IMG/VR virus record: IMGVR_UViG_3300045943_000001
Coordinates: 1-64,000 of that record
DNA from: a virus
Length of the DNA: 64,000 nucleotides
Strand: one strand, 5' to 3'
The position numbers and the translations under genes were made by a program. The notes under the pieces were generated by a model that saw only the letters and a list, made by a program, of their open reading frames with translations, made no database searches and had not been told where the DNA came from. Of the stretch, positions 1 through 9,163 are shown piece after piece. Position 1 is the first letter of the stretch, and each line of letters opens with the position of its first letter.

Positions 1-1
1 C

Positions 2-727
2 ATAATTTCTACCTTAGGTGATAATGGAGAAAGTTCCAACATCGTTGACGGCGTGGAGTTGAAGGTATCTGTCAAATCAGCAGTATCGCTGTCACCTTAT
101 ATCGGCTTGTCACGCAAAACTGCAACTGTTACTTACGGTAAAATGGTTTTAGGTGCGGGCATCGATGCTGGATCAATTGACAATACTAATTCGTTCAACA
201 TACTTTATATGACACTGGTCGGTATATTGGGACCTAACCAGGAAAGAATGGATATGAACGATCTGACAACTGTGATCCAGTACGATACCGCAAATCGTGC
301 GCTGACAAATCCTTTTGTTATGTCAGAGCGACGCTCATCTTTGGGGTTCTCTGTGAATCTTCCTGGTGATGTCCGCTTTTCTCGATCTGAATCGAACATC
401 AGCATCACTAAAGGGGAAGAACTAGTCTATTCACTATTCAGTACTGATTCTAACGTTCTTAACCAACAAGTCAGCTTGGCGGCTAGCTTAGCGTTAGGTA
501 TGGCTGGTAGCATTGAACATCCTCCTCGTACCGTGGATGTCTCTATTGAATCCGCTATTCTTAACGGTATCCTCTATATCAAAGATGGGGATAAAGTTGC
601 CCATTATTTTGATGACGCCAGAACTCGCTCTTATATAAAGAGACAATCATCTGTTTTTGGTCAACCAAGCGGAACTTTAGATCCCTATACTGGTCGCGCA
701 ATGATGCCAGGATATTCGGGCTATTAA
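2..727 (+). CDS. hypothetical protein, 5' end outside window
   Basis: Frame is open from nt 2, with no stop before the listed GTG at 53. TAA at 725-727 overlaps the next ATG (TAATG). Confidence 0.7.
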   Translation: MISTLGDNGESSNIVDGVELKVSVKSAVSLSPYIGLSRKTATVTYGKMVLGAGIDAGSIDNTNSFNILYMTLVGILGPNQERMDMNDLTTVIQYDTANRALTNPFVMSERRSSLGFSVNLPGDVRFSRSESNISITKGEELVYSLFSTDSNVLNQQVSLAASLALGMAGSIEHPPRTVDVSIESAILNGILYIKDGDKVAHYFDDARTRSYIKRQSSVFGQPSGTLDPYTGRAMMPGYSGY

Positions 728-1047
728 TGGCGATACCCAAAAAGCTTAGACCTAGGGTGGAGAAGTTTATTGGTATTGTATTGACTAAAGTGGTGAACGA
801 GGAATTAGATCGGTCTTTCTTTAAAAAAGGAAAACTGGATGATAACTACACCATCGCGTTATACAGTACCGGACTTCTTCCACTCTACAATGACAACCGT
901 ATTGAGATAGGCGGAGCGATCAACGATAAGCGTATCGGTCTTTTCATTCTCAGCAGTGAGTCACTGATTAACCGTAAGGTCGATGATGAGTTAATTAAGG
1001 AACTCACCGAGGCTTTCATGAAACTTCGTATTAAGGAAATAAAATGA
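727..1047 (+). CDS. hypothetical protein (106 aa)
   Basis: ATG overlaps the upstream stop. The ORF's own stop overlaps the next ATG (ATGA), so it sits in a translationally coupled string. Confidence 0.75.
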   Translation: MAIPKKLRPRVEKFIGIVLTKVVNEELDRSFFKKGKLDDNYTIALYSTGLLPLYNDNRIEIGGAINDKRIGLFILSSESLINRKVDDELIKELTEAFMKLRIKEIK

Positions 1048-1787
1048 GCCAAATGCATTATACCCGAGAGCAGGCAATGCAACTTCAACCTGAAATTTCT
1101 GATATGGTCAGAGCGGTCATTCGTGACGGGTTGGATAAAGACAGTGGTGTGATGGGTAACAAGAAAACGTACAAGCTGGTGACCGGTAAAGAAACTGGCG
1201 AGTCCGTTGACTTCGAATTTATTTTCAAAAAGAATGCGCTGGATGTACTTATGGGAGATAATGCTCTTCCAGGTGTTCGTAATATAGAAACATATCGTCA
1301 GCGCCCTGTTGCTACGGCCACAACCTTCTTGCATGGTCGCCCTTATGCAATTACCTTTCAACAGGAAGACTTTGATCGGAATCTCGAAGAGACGATGCGG
1401 ATGTCCATTGTTGAAGAGTGCGGTAAGCACTTTCTGGAACATGTTGTTGGCGGGATGGCAGCCAGTTGGTACAATCATGGGTTGCATGATCGTATCTCGC
1501 TGTGGAATCACGAAAGCAATTTCGATGCAATCCGAGATTACACAAACGGTATGATCATGGGAAGATGGGATGAAACGGGTTATGCTGTTGATGTGTTAAT
1601 TCCCAATGACGCCGATCCGTATGAGCTTCAGGTTGTGAAACGTGATATTAGTATTAATGCTTTACCACAACACCCAAATCCGAATAACAAAAACGTTGAT
1701 ATTTGTCAGCGTTATATCGACTTGGGGATCATCTCATTAATCGCTCTCGGTTATATCGAGAAAGACTTCAGTTGGACTTTGAACTAA
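1044..1787 (+). CDS. hypothetical protein (247 aa)
   Basis: ATGA start/stop overlap with the previous ORF. Long ORF; the antisense ORFs look like shadows. Confidence 0.8.
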   Translation: MSQMHYTREQAMQLQPEISDMVRAVIRDGLDKDSGVMGNKKTYKLVTGKETGESVDFEFIFKKNALDVLMGDNALPGVRNIETYRQRPVATATTFLHGRPYAITFQQEDFDRNLEETMRMSIVEECGKHFLEHVVGGMAASWYNHGLHDRISLWNHESNFDAIRDYTNGMIMGRWDETGYAVDVLIPNDADPYELQVVKRDISINALPQHPNPNNKNVDICQRYIDLGIISLIALGYIEKDFSWTLN

Positions 1788-2107
1788 TGCAAAAAGCGTA
1801 TCTGCACTCGAGTGTCACCAATGAAACGATCACACGGTTGGTGGAAGATGCTATCACGGAAGCTGCAAATAACAACTGGGTAAAACTGGGTAGCTCCACA
1901 ACTACTCAGGTACACAGCGCAGGTATTGTGCTTAATACCAAAGTTTGGGGCTTTAATCGTGATCGTTCCAAGATCATTCTAGAAGTTAAAATCAATAATG
2001 TATCTGTTAATCTGGTCACCGTTGATAAGCGCGGTATGTCATATTACATTAGCACAAACCCGCGTTTCATTGCTGACTATAAACGTAAAGTAGGTATCGT
2101 CGCGTGA
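1787..2107 (+). CDS. hypothetical protein (106 aa)
   Basis: First ATG (MQKAYLH...) overlaps the upstream TAA (TAATG). The track start at 1703 is a non-ATG codon inside the previous gene. Confidence 0.7.
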   Translation: MQKAYLHSSVTNETITRLVEDAITEAANNNWVKLGSSTTTQVHSAGIVLNTKVWGFNRDRSKIILEVKINNVSVNLVTVDKRGMSYYISTNPRFIADYKRKVGIVA

Positions 2108-2158
2108 CTAAAAAGCTGAGATCAGCTCGCCATTCCGAAAAACTAAGAAGGGGCTGGC

Positions 2159-2452
2159 ATGTTGTCAGTCCCGTGTTTCGGAATATTTATTATGGCTCGT
2201 ACTCGTGCTTACCGTCGTTATAAACTTGCACTGAAGAAAAGAAACTGTAGTCGCTATTATGCGGCAGGTTATTCTCTCTATGAAAATGGTCATACTTTTA
2301 GAATCGGGCCACAAACCGATAAGAAAGCTATTGGTAAAGTAGCTGCTGCACCTAAAAGCTGTGACGGGTGGTGTTGTAATAAACCACGCAAAAATCATGG
2401 GGAACTCTTTTCTGATGTGCGTAACAAACAACGTTATGCTGATCAAGAGTAA
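2159..2452 (+). CDS. small basic Cys-rich protein (97 aa)
   Basis: aagaagggg RBS lies about 7 nt before the ATG. The sequence is Arg/Lys-rich and contains CDGWCCNKPRK. No family recognised. Confidence 0.55.
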   Translation: MLSVPCFGIFIMARTRAYRRYKLALKKRNCSRYYAAGYSLYENGHTFRIGPQTDKKAIGKVAAAPKSCDGWCCNKPRKNHGELFSDVRNKQRYADQE

Positions 2453-2463
2453 GTGAGGTTATT

Positions 2464-2910
2464 ATGCAGAGATTGCAATTTGCTGTTAGTAAAGGTACAT
2501 TAGTAATTGATGATCTGGAGAATGGCGGGTCTCTGCATATTTCCTTTAAGTTTTTCGGTAAGCCGGAGCTTCATCCGGCTTTTGAAGCTTGGAATGATTT
2601 AGAGACTGCTCTTAATTCCGGTGAACTCAATTTGCGTTTATTCGGGTATAACACTATACTTGAATCTAAAGGGTTTTCTTTGAAGGGTGAAGTGACGTTA
2701 AGTTCATGTCATCTCTATGACCCCTCTATTGAAAATGGTCGTCTACATTTACTGTCGTTTAAACCACGCTGTAAGATCAGAAATTCTACCCTTGCATTTA
2801 TGGGTATCACCCAGTTTGGTATGGTATCGTTCGATGAATGTAATTACGATGCATTACCAAAGAGAGTTTCATATAACCACTTTTCTTATTACCGTAATCA
2901 ACCTGTATAG
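2464..2910 (+). CDS. hypothetical protein (148 aa), weak paralogue of 3448-3948
   Basis: gtgagg RBS. Shares the pattern NDL..(N/D)xG(E/R)L(N/T)L(R/T)L(F/I)G...L(K/E)G(E/H)V with the ORF at 3448. Confidence 0.7.
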   Translation: MQRLQFAVSKGTLVIDDLENGGSLHISFKFFGKPELHPAFEAWNDLETALNSGELNLRLFGYNTILESKGFSLKGEVTLSSCHLYDPSIENGRLHLLSFKPRCKIRNSTLAFMGITQFGMVSFDECNYDALPKRVSYNHFSYYRNQPV

Positions 2911-2918
2911 GGGCAATA

Positions 2919-3371
2919 ATGCTGAATTTACAACAACGTATCAACATTCTGTTTGAAAACGAGCAGGATCAGAAAGACCTTCCTGAACAGTCTTTTAATG
3001 TTCGCCGTAATGCCATCAGTGCGGTATTGAAACTGAACATCGGTGAAAGTTCAGCGATGGGTATGGAGGGTCTGGAAGAAGAGAATTTTAAACTGAGTTC
3101 TCTTCATAAAGAGCTGGGTATCAGTCAGACTGTTGATTTACTTCAGATCAATCGTCCTATTGTTGTTCGTCTCACAATGATCCCGAAAGGTGGTGACATG
3201 TACAGCTTGAAGATGAGTTTGTATCTGTCTGAGCATCAGCCAAGCTACATGGTTGAACATCACGTGGTTGATTGTACAGTTGAATCGGTAGAAGAGAAAC
3301 GCCTCTACAAACGTGTAGAACGGATGCTGACTGAGTTACATCGCATCGCTGCACCTGTTATTGCTGGCTGA
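2919..3371 (+). CDS. hypothetical protein (150 aa)
   Basis: ATG preceded by agggg. Followed by the hairpin terminator at 3392-3421. Confidence 0.7.
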   Translation: MLNLQQRINILFENEQDQKDLPEQSFNVRRNAISAVLKLNIGESSAMGMEGLEEENFKLSSLHKELGISQTVDLLQINRPIVVRLTMIPKGGDMYSLKMSLYLSEHQPSYMVEHHVVDCTVESVEEKRLYKRVERMLTELHRIAAPVIAG

Positions 3372-3391
3372 TCGATACCAAACTTTAAACT

Positions 3392-3421
3392 GTAACCCTC
3401 CGTAACTGGAGGGTTACTTTT
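3392..3421 (+). terminator. intrinsic terminator hairpin
   Basis: Stem gtaaccctcc / ggagggttac, 6-nt loop, then TTTT. Confidence 0.75.
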
Positions 3422-3447
3422 ATCTACTTACTTTAGAGAATATCACC

Positions 3448-3948
3448 ATGACAGCTACTTACACTACCAAACTCGAAAACAATCAACTGATCGTTGAACG
3501 TGATGACGGTCTGGCTACACTGCGCATCATTAACCGTTTGTCTGAATCGTACATCGATAACATGGACGACAATACACTGAACCCTCTGGTTGAATACGCC
3601 AACGATCTTCAGTCCAGCATTGATAACGGTCGTCTTACCCTTACTTTAATCGGTAAAGACAACGTTATTACTTTCCCTGATGATGAGCGCCCTATCCTCG
3701 AAGGTCACGTATACCTGAACAACGTTCAACTAAACAATCCGTTCTTAAAGAACTGTAAGTTGACTGATGTCAATATTCCTAACAGTGAAGATCTGACCAT
3801 GCATTTCTGTAAGATCAATGGTCTCTTTATGGAAACACATGAAGTCATCCATATGGTCTGTTGCTACATCGATGACAAGCACGGATTGGAAGACACCAAG
3901 TCCCCGCTGCGTTACCTGATGAACAAGCATCCAGAACCTCGCTGCTAA
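3448..3948 (+). CDS. hypothetical protein (166 aa)
   Basis: ORF bracketed by hairpin terminators at 3392 and 3961. Weak similarity to 2464-2910. Confidence 0.7.
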   Translation: MTATYTTKLENNQLIVERDDGLATLRIINRLSESYIDNMDDNTLNPLVEYANDLQSSIDNGRLTLTLIGKDNVITFPDDERPILEGHVYLNNVQLNNPFLKNCKLTDVNIPNSEDLTMHFCKINGLFMETHEVIHMVCCYIDDKHGLEDTKSPLRYLMNKHPEPRC

Positions 3949-3960
3949 TCCACATTCCAC

Positions 3961-3983
3961 AGGGAGTCATTGACTCCCTTTAT
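3961..3983 (+). terminator. intrinsic terminator hairpin (short)
   Basis: Stem agggagt / actccct, 5-nt loop, then TTTAT. Confidence 0.5.
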
Positions 3984-4000
3984 CTGGAGAACAAAAAAAA

Positions 4001-5839
4001 ATGAAACTCGAAGATACCAAGCGTCATATCGTTGAAGTTGTTGTTAACTGCCCGTTGATCACTGACTTTTCTGAATACAACGGCGATAAGTATTCAGATT
4101 GTGAATCACTGATAAAAGATATCATGTCAAATTTTGACACTGTCGACACTGGACACCTTCAAGGTGAAGATAGAGATATTACTTATACGGTTGAAGCCGT
4201 TAACGTCGAATTCACCCGAGGTATCGAAAATGTTCGAGGTCACTACCTGATCGATATCTGGAAAGAAGCCTATAAGAAATTTAAAGCGCACGAGATCAAG
4301 AGTCTCGGTCGTGTTATCGAGAAAACTATTACCAAGCTCAATGATAAAAAGGTGTTAACCGTAATGGCAGATACGATGAAAAGTATGCATGGCCGGAAAA
4401 AAGAACATACCGAAGAGAAAGAACGTTACGTTCACTTTATGGGGACCGAACATCTTACTCAACCTTCCTATGGTTTTGAGAGTAAGGTTGGTCGTCTCTC
4501 TCAAGAAGTTTTTTACATTAATCAGCTGGTTCATAGTGTTCGGTTACCAAGCACTGACATCGTTAAAACCAAGGCCCTAATTAAAGCTATTATCCATCGT
4601 TCACCTGAACAGCGTGAATTAATTAACTCTACCATTCAAGCGCCCGCGTCTTTCTTTGAATCGATTGATGCCGTTGATGCTCGCAAACGCGGAATGATGA
4701 TCGATGAAGCATTGGATGAAATGCTCGGTACCGATCCAGCAGAAATTAATCTGAATGAACTCGCTTCTTCTCATAACGTGTCAGAAGCTGAACAACAACC
4801 TACACATGTGGATCCAGAAATGAAAGAACTGTTAGTTGAAATACTTGCAACCCTTAAACAACTGCAACCCAAAGATAATGTTGTCGAAACTAAGGTTCAA
4901 CTTAGTGGTGGTGAGAGTCTGAATCTTCGCACCCCAACCGAAGATAATATTCGCGCATTCATCAAGACATTTGGTGCCAAGTCTAAATCAGAAGAACCTA
5001 ATCAGGAAACTCGTCCTGTCCTTAAATACGAATTACCAGAAGGAGCTCGTAAGGAACTCGTTATCTCAGGAGATCCTGAAGATCCATTGATTAAAGATAT
5101 CATCAAGTTATTCCAAGATAGTGCACTCGATGTTAAGGTGAATAAGAAAGAATCTCCTAAATTAGAGGATTCTGAATTTTCAGCTGAGAACATTATCCGT
5201 GGTTATGGGTTATACTCTCCCTATGCGGGTAAGTCAGGACAAGAGTGTAAGGATACAACGTGCCCAGTCCACGGCGAGAATATCCTACCACAACGTCAAC
5301 CACATCCTTTTGATTATATCATAGGGATTGATCCAGGTAACAAGAAAGGCGACGTTCATCATGTTCATATCCTCAAAGGTCGAGGAGAAGATGGAGAGAA
5401 TCCTATCTACAAACTTAAAGGTCAAGAAATAGATTTCTCTGGTCATCGTGGTTTCGCTCGTCCTCCAAGATCTACGCTAGAGCAAATCTTCGGTTCTGAA
5501 TTTGCACGCGTTTCTAACGTTTCTGATGAACCACAACCAACAGCTACTGAAATTGAAACGACTACTCATGTTGTTATCAACCAGAGTTTCATCATTTATG
5601 ACGTGAAAGGTGAATTCTTCTGTGAATACAAAATGAACTGGAATTCCGAGATGACCAATTTTAGATTTACTCACGATAAACCGGATTCTCCTAAAGGTCG
5701 TCGTTTCTATCCAATTCGTGACCTTAGCAAAAAGATGACCGAAGACGAAGCACTCAAGCAATTCCAATCATTGCGTCGTGCTGTTCTGGTCAACGGACCT
5801 CATAAACCGAGACCAAGTTCACTTACCCCTAACTGGTAA
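4001..5839 (+). CDS. hypothetical protein (612 aa)
   Basis: Long ORF with a ggaga upstream and a strong terminator at 5846-5889. No motif recognised. Confidence 0.8.
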   Translation: MKLEDTKRHIVEVVVNCPLITDFSEYNGDKYSDCESLIKDIMSNFDTVDTGHLQGEDRDITYTVEAVNVEFTRGIENVRGHYLIDIWKEAYKKFKAHEIKSLGRVIEKTITKLNDKKVLTVMADTMKSMHGRKKEHTEEKERYVHFMGTEHLTQPSYGFESKVGRLSQEVFYINQLVHSVRLPSTDIVKTKALIKAIIHRSPEQRELINSTIQAPASFFESIDAVDARKRGMMIDEALDEMLGTDPAEINLNELASSHNVSEAEQQPTHVDPEMKELLVEILATLKQLQPKDNVVETKVQLSGGESLNLRTPTEDNIRAFIKTFGAKSKSEEPNQETRPVLKYELPEGARKELVISGDPEDPLIKDIIKLFQDSALDVKVNKKESPKLEDSEFSAENIIRGYGLYSPYAGKSGQECKDTTCPVHGENILPQRQPHPFDYIIGIDPGNKKGDVHHVHILKGRGEDGENPIYKLKGQEIDFSGHRGFARPPRSTLEQIFGSEFARVSNVSDEPQPTATEIETTTHVVINQSFIIYDVKGEFFCEYKMNWNSEMTNFRFTHDKPDSPKGRRFYPIRDLSKKMTEDEALKQFQSLRRAVLVNGPHKPRPSSLTPNW

Positions 5840-5845
5840 TCTATT

Positions 5846-5889
5846 CCTCTACTACCCAATTGGGTAGTAGAGGTTTATTCATTTTTTTT
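5846..5889 (+). terminator. intrinsic terminator hairpin with T8 run
   Basis: Stem cctctactaccc / gggtagtagagg, loop aatt, then tttattcaTTTTTTTT. Confidence 0.8.
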
Positions 5890-5896
5890 GTTCTTT

Positions 5897-5924
5897 ATAA
5901 TATGTGTAGCATACAACTACACAT
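5897..5924 (+). promoter_or_regulatory. variant promoter-like box plus 5'-UTR hairpin
   Basis: tataatatgtgtagc overlaps an 8-bp hairpin atgtgtag / ctacacat (5902-5924), 25 nt before the depolymerase ATG. Confidence 0.3.
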
Positions 5925-5948
5925 AACCTACAAACCCAGGAGTTTAGA

Positions 5949-7730
5949 ATGACCACTAATACCACGATAACCTTAGCATCGTCATTTAGTGAATTGCGAA
6001 CAACCAAACCCACAGTAGAGGGACAGTTAATTACTCTACAAGGCTGGAATGCTGGCACCTATGTAGGAGGGGGTCAGTTCGTTGGACACCTTGTTACACA
6101 AGGTCAGTCACAGAAAGCCGATGATGGGGGTGTTGTTGCAGCAGGGAGAGGTTACTATTGGGAACGTGTTGTAAACGACCCATCAAAGTTAACTATCGTT
6201 GACTTCGGTGCAATCGCTGATGGTAAAACAGATATTGCCGTTGCTGCTACTGCTATGCACAAGTGGTCTTTAGCCAATAGTCGAGGAGTGGGAATCCAGC
6301 TACCTTCGGGTCGCCTGTTCCTGTCAAAACTTGCCTTGTTGACGGAGTCTAACTTTTTCCGCATGTCAGGAGCCCCAACTACGTTCGGGTATTTTGCTAG
6401 TACTACTATTGTTACCGATACGGGTCCGGTAGATGCAACGGGTAAACCATTAGAAGAATTCTTAATTGATGTCAAACACCGCTGGGTAGAAATAACCAAT
6501 ATTGTCTTTGAGGGTGTTAGTACTACTGCTAACCCAAATAAGAAAGGGATCTTCCGTAATAATGTCATCGGTGGACAATATTTCAGAGGGAGCTGTTTAC
6601 GCTTCGTTAGAATCGGTGGAACATGTTTCAGTCTGATTGATACCCTAGACAGCAAGATCGACCAATGGTACACGAGCGATACGACGGGAGATATTGTCGT
6701 AGGTACGTGGTCTGGCCGTCAAGCAGGTTCTTGGGATCACTCAACAGCGTTGGAGTTGAGCAACTTTAATGTCCAGGGAAGCAAGCTGGGTAAAGTATTC
6801 GATCTTCAGCGTTGTACTCAAGCTTTAATCCGTAATGGCTGGATTGAACACAGTGATAACCCCGGTACGCTTTGTGGTGGACACTGGAGAATTGATAACC
6901 TCAGTATGGAAGATTGTGCTACCAAACTGAAAGCGTCTTGTGCTCAATTGACAGAGGTCAATAAAAACCATCACGGTGATTATTCCGGCATTGATTATAC
7001 CCGCGATGATTCCGATCAATGGTTGAGTGAGTGGGAACGCGGTCGTGTGGACATCAATCCATGGGGTGTCTATATTGATCGTTCATTAGAACCCGGTACA
7101 TTGATGTCGCGAAACAAGCTCATCAATATGACCGGTGCATCTAACTGGTTCCAGTTGGGGACATTCTGTTTACCCGAAGAAGGCGACAGTTTAGATATCA
7201 ACATGGTGGGTTGTGGAAATATTCTTTCTACGGGTGCCCGTCTTGATGATATCGATGGTGTAAGGCAAGGTGGGGGTAATACACTTATTCGCATTCATCT
7301 TCTTCAGAAAGGGAATGTGGGCGCAACACTTCAGCCGGTAGGTTCAAGTCCAGTCAGTGCCGCCAAGTTTGTAAAAGTTGGTGCGGGTAAACTCGTGGTG
7401 TACGTACAAATGAAAGCGTTCACCAAGAATGTTATTCCGATGGTCACTGCTACATCAAAAACTCGGTACGAGGCTGGAGTATCCTATTACTTCACACCAG
7501 ACATCAAAGCAATTAGCGAAGATGATCTGAAGAAAGTAGAGGGTATTACTGATATTCTTGAACAATGGTCAATTGGTCATAATGCCGGTATCGGAGCCAC
7601 CAACGATGGTAACCTGATTCTCAGAGGTAAAATTGTTGATGGTCATTTGGCCGTTCAAGTCAATCTGGGAACAGATGACAAACCTAACGTGCAAACGCGT
7701 TATTTGCAATTGAAGTCTGATACTAAATAA
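5949..7730 (+). CDS. pectate-lyase-superfamily beta-helix protein (depolymerase / tailspike-like)
   Basis: aggag RBS. LTIVDFGAIADGKTDIAVAATAM matches the (V/I)xDFGAxGDGxTD opening of Pectate_lyase_3-type phage depolymerases, preceded by GYYWERV. Has its own terminator. Confidence 0.6.
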   Translation: MTTNTTITLASSFSELRTTKPTVEGQLITLQGWNAGTYVGGGQFVGHLVTQGQSQKADDGGVVAAGRGYYWERVVNDPSKLTIVDFGAIADGKTDIAVAATAMHKWSLANSRGVGIQLPSGRLFLSKLALLTESNFFRMSGAPTTFGYFASTTIVTDTGPVDATGKPLEEFLIDVKHRWVEITNIVFEGVSTTANPNKKGIFRNNVIGGQYFRGSCLRFVRIGGTCFSLIDTLDSKIDQWYTSDTTGDIVVGTWSGRQAGSWDHSTALELSNFNVQGSKLGKVFDLQRCTQALIRNGWIEHSDNPGTLCGGHWRIDNLSMEDCATKLKASCAQLTEVNKNHHGDYSGIDYTRDDSDQWLSEWERGRVDINPWGVYIDRSLEPGTLMSRNKLINMTGASNWFQLGTFCLPEEGDSLDINMVGCGNILSTGARLDDIDGVRQGGGNTLIRIHLLQKGNVGATLQPVGSSPVSAAKFVKVGAGKLVVYVQMKAFTKNVIPMVTATSKTRYEAGVSYYFTPDIKAISEDDLKKVEGITDILEQWSIGHNAGIGATNDGNLILRGKIVDGHLAVQVNLGTDDKPNVQTRYLQLKSDTK

Positions 7731-7739
7731 CAGTAAACT

Positions 7740-7766
7740 GAGAACAGGGGAGATTCCCCTGTTCTC
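7740..7766 (+). terminator. terminator hairpin
   Basis: Stem gagaacagggg / cccctgttctc, 5-nt loop. Weak U tract. Confidence 0.6.
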
Positions 7767-7796
7767 ATTATGCTTCGCTAAAATAATTTCAAACAA

Positions 7797-7814
7797 ATAT
7801 TATCATCTTGTACA
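7797..7814 (+). promoter_or_regulatory. candidate phage promoter box
   Basis: ATATTATC-atct-TGTACA, 41 nt upstream of ATG 7838 and just after terminator 7740. Confidence 0.4.
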
Positions 7815-7837
7815 TCAGTGTAAAAGGTTTTTCTAAT

Positions 7838-8299
7838 ATGGATAATCGACGTGCAATAACCAAGGTAATGATTTATGCAGTGATCTCAGATATACTGCAA
7901 TGGATTCAAAGTGACGGGTATTACAATGTACAACTTCAACGTGGTTTTGAAAGAAAAGATATGAATCATTTCTTTATTATCGTAAATGAATTAGAACAAC
8001 TGCGGAATACTGAAAACATATTGCACCACTTTCAGGTCGCTGCTTTTGGGAATCCAGATCGTTACCCCATTGATATACTTGAATTGGTTTATCGAAATGA
8101 AGATGAAATGCGCCGAGGTGGAATATTTATTAGAATTCGCGGAGGTGAGATTCCCATCTTCATTAATCCAAACGTATTAACGTTGGATGACGCTGCGATT
8201 AATGCATTGGTGGACATGATCGTTGATTCCAATGAGCAGCTTATTAATCTGATTGAAAAGTCAGGGGGAATACATGCAGCTAAAAGACCTCGTAAGTGA
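7838..8299 (+). CDS. hypothetical protein (153 aa)
   Basis: First ATG (MDNRRAI...). The track's TTG start at 7808 lies inside the promoter-like box at 7797-7814. Confidence 0.65.
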   Translation: MDNRRAITKVMIYAVISDILQWIQSDGYYNVQLQRGFERKDMNHFFIIVNELEQLRNTENILHHFQVAAFGNPDRYPIDILELVYRNEDEMRRGGIFIRIRGGEIPIFINPNVLTLDDAAINALVDMIVDSNEQLINLIEKSGGIHAAKRPRK

Positions 8300-8648
8300 A
8301 ATACTTACCGATGCGGCTTTTCGTAATACACCAAAGCCTTATCGAAATGTCTATTTCATTAAGGTCTTAAATCCAGGCGATCGAAAAAGCTTATTTGTTA
8401 GTTTTCGCTATAAGTCATCCAAGAACGAAGTCTTCGTTTGTTATGTGGAAATCGACTTAGAACGACCCGAGAAGAACGTGTCCTATGGTATCAGTTTCCT
8501 GAAACCCCGAGAACGCGAATCTATCACTTTCTTTAAACGACGTGAACATATCGTCTATAAAGATATCACCGATATTCTCAGGACTAAGGTTATTCCTGCG
8601 TTCGTTGAGAAACTCCAGAAAGTAGAGGACATGTATGTCAACCACTAG
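8274..8648 (+). CDS. hypothetical protein (124 aa)
   Basis: ATG (MQLKDLV...) preceded by the aggggga RBS. 26-nt overlap with the upstream gene. Confidence 0.65.
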   Translation: MQLKDLVSEILTDAAFRNTPKPYRNVYFIKVLNPGDRKSLFVSFRYKSSKNEVFVCYVEIDLERPEKNVSYGISFLKPRERESITFFKRREHIVYKDITDILRTKVIPAFVEKLQKVEDMYVNH

Positions 8649-9030
8649 CGCCGTTATGCAATACGCCGAAAACAAACTCCGGTCTATTTGCAGAGACAGT
8701 CAAGGTAAACCGATTCCTAACTGGTACAACATTGAGGATATGCAGGGTTTTGCAATCCGTCTTACTGAAGCAGAGTTAAACCTCACTCTGTCTGTGGTAG
8801 TTTATCCAGTCGATGAAGCAGGACCCGGTAATTTCTTGGTTCGATTACAAGCAACCTTTACTGGTAAACCTGTTATTCAACATGGGTTTGAATTCATGCC
8901 CGCCCCATTGGGCATTGGTGTTCAACTCGATCAAGCGATGTACGCAGAAACCGAACAAGAATTAATGGACGGTATTCTGGAATGGATCCATGATGAAACA
9001 GAAAACATCCTGTGTCAGATACTGGAATAA
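8635..9030 (+). CDS. hypothetical protein (131 aa)
   Basis: ATG preceded by gagga. Overlaps the upstream stop by 14 nt. Confidence 0.7.
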   Translation: MSTTSAVMQYAENKLRSICRDSQGKPIPNWYNIEDMQGFAIRLTEAELNLTLSVVVYPVDEAGPGNFLVRLQATFTGKPVIQHGFEFMPAPLGIGVQLDQAMYAETEQELMDGILEWIHDETENILCQILE

Positions 9031-9163
9031 GCTCTGTAATCAATTCTGAGCGTTTTATTTAAGTAATACTGATCGTTCTATTATATAGACGATTAAATGG
9101 CGTAGAGAATGATTGGAGCTCTATGCTGACTGATGAAGCACTTTAACCTTTAAAGGAAAAGCA

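Noticed and set aside
885-1511. 208-aa minus-strand ORF
   Set aside because: It is antisense to two translationally coupled plus-strand genes. Its sequence is low-complexity and Cys/His/Phe-rich, so it is a shadow frame.
2112-2128. agctgagatcagct near-palindrome after ORF 1787-2107 as a terminator
   Set aside because: The arms leave only a 2-nt loop, so the usable stem is about 4 bp, and there is no U tract.
7325-7345. GGTTCAAGTCC, a tRNA T-loop-like string
   Set aside because: It lies inside the depolymerase-like CDS. The flanking bases (gtagg / ccagt) cannot form a T-stem, and no acceptor or anticodon arms can be drawn. I saw no tRNA-like structure in any intergenic region either.
9147-9156. 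Palindrome CCTTTAAAGG overlapping the phuZ RBS
   Set aside because: It is only 10 nt and AT-rich, contains a TTTAAA core, and appears nowhere else. That is too little to claim RBS sequestration or an operator.
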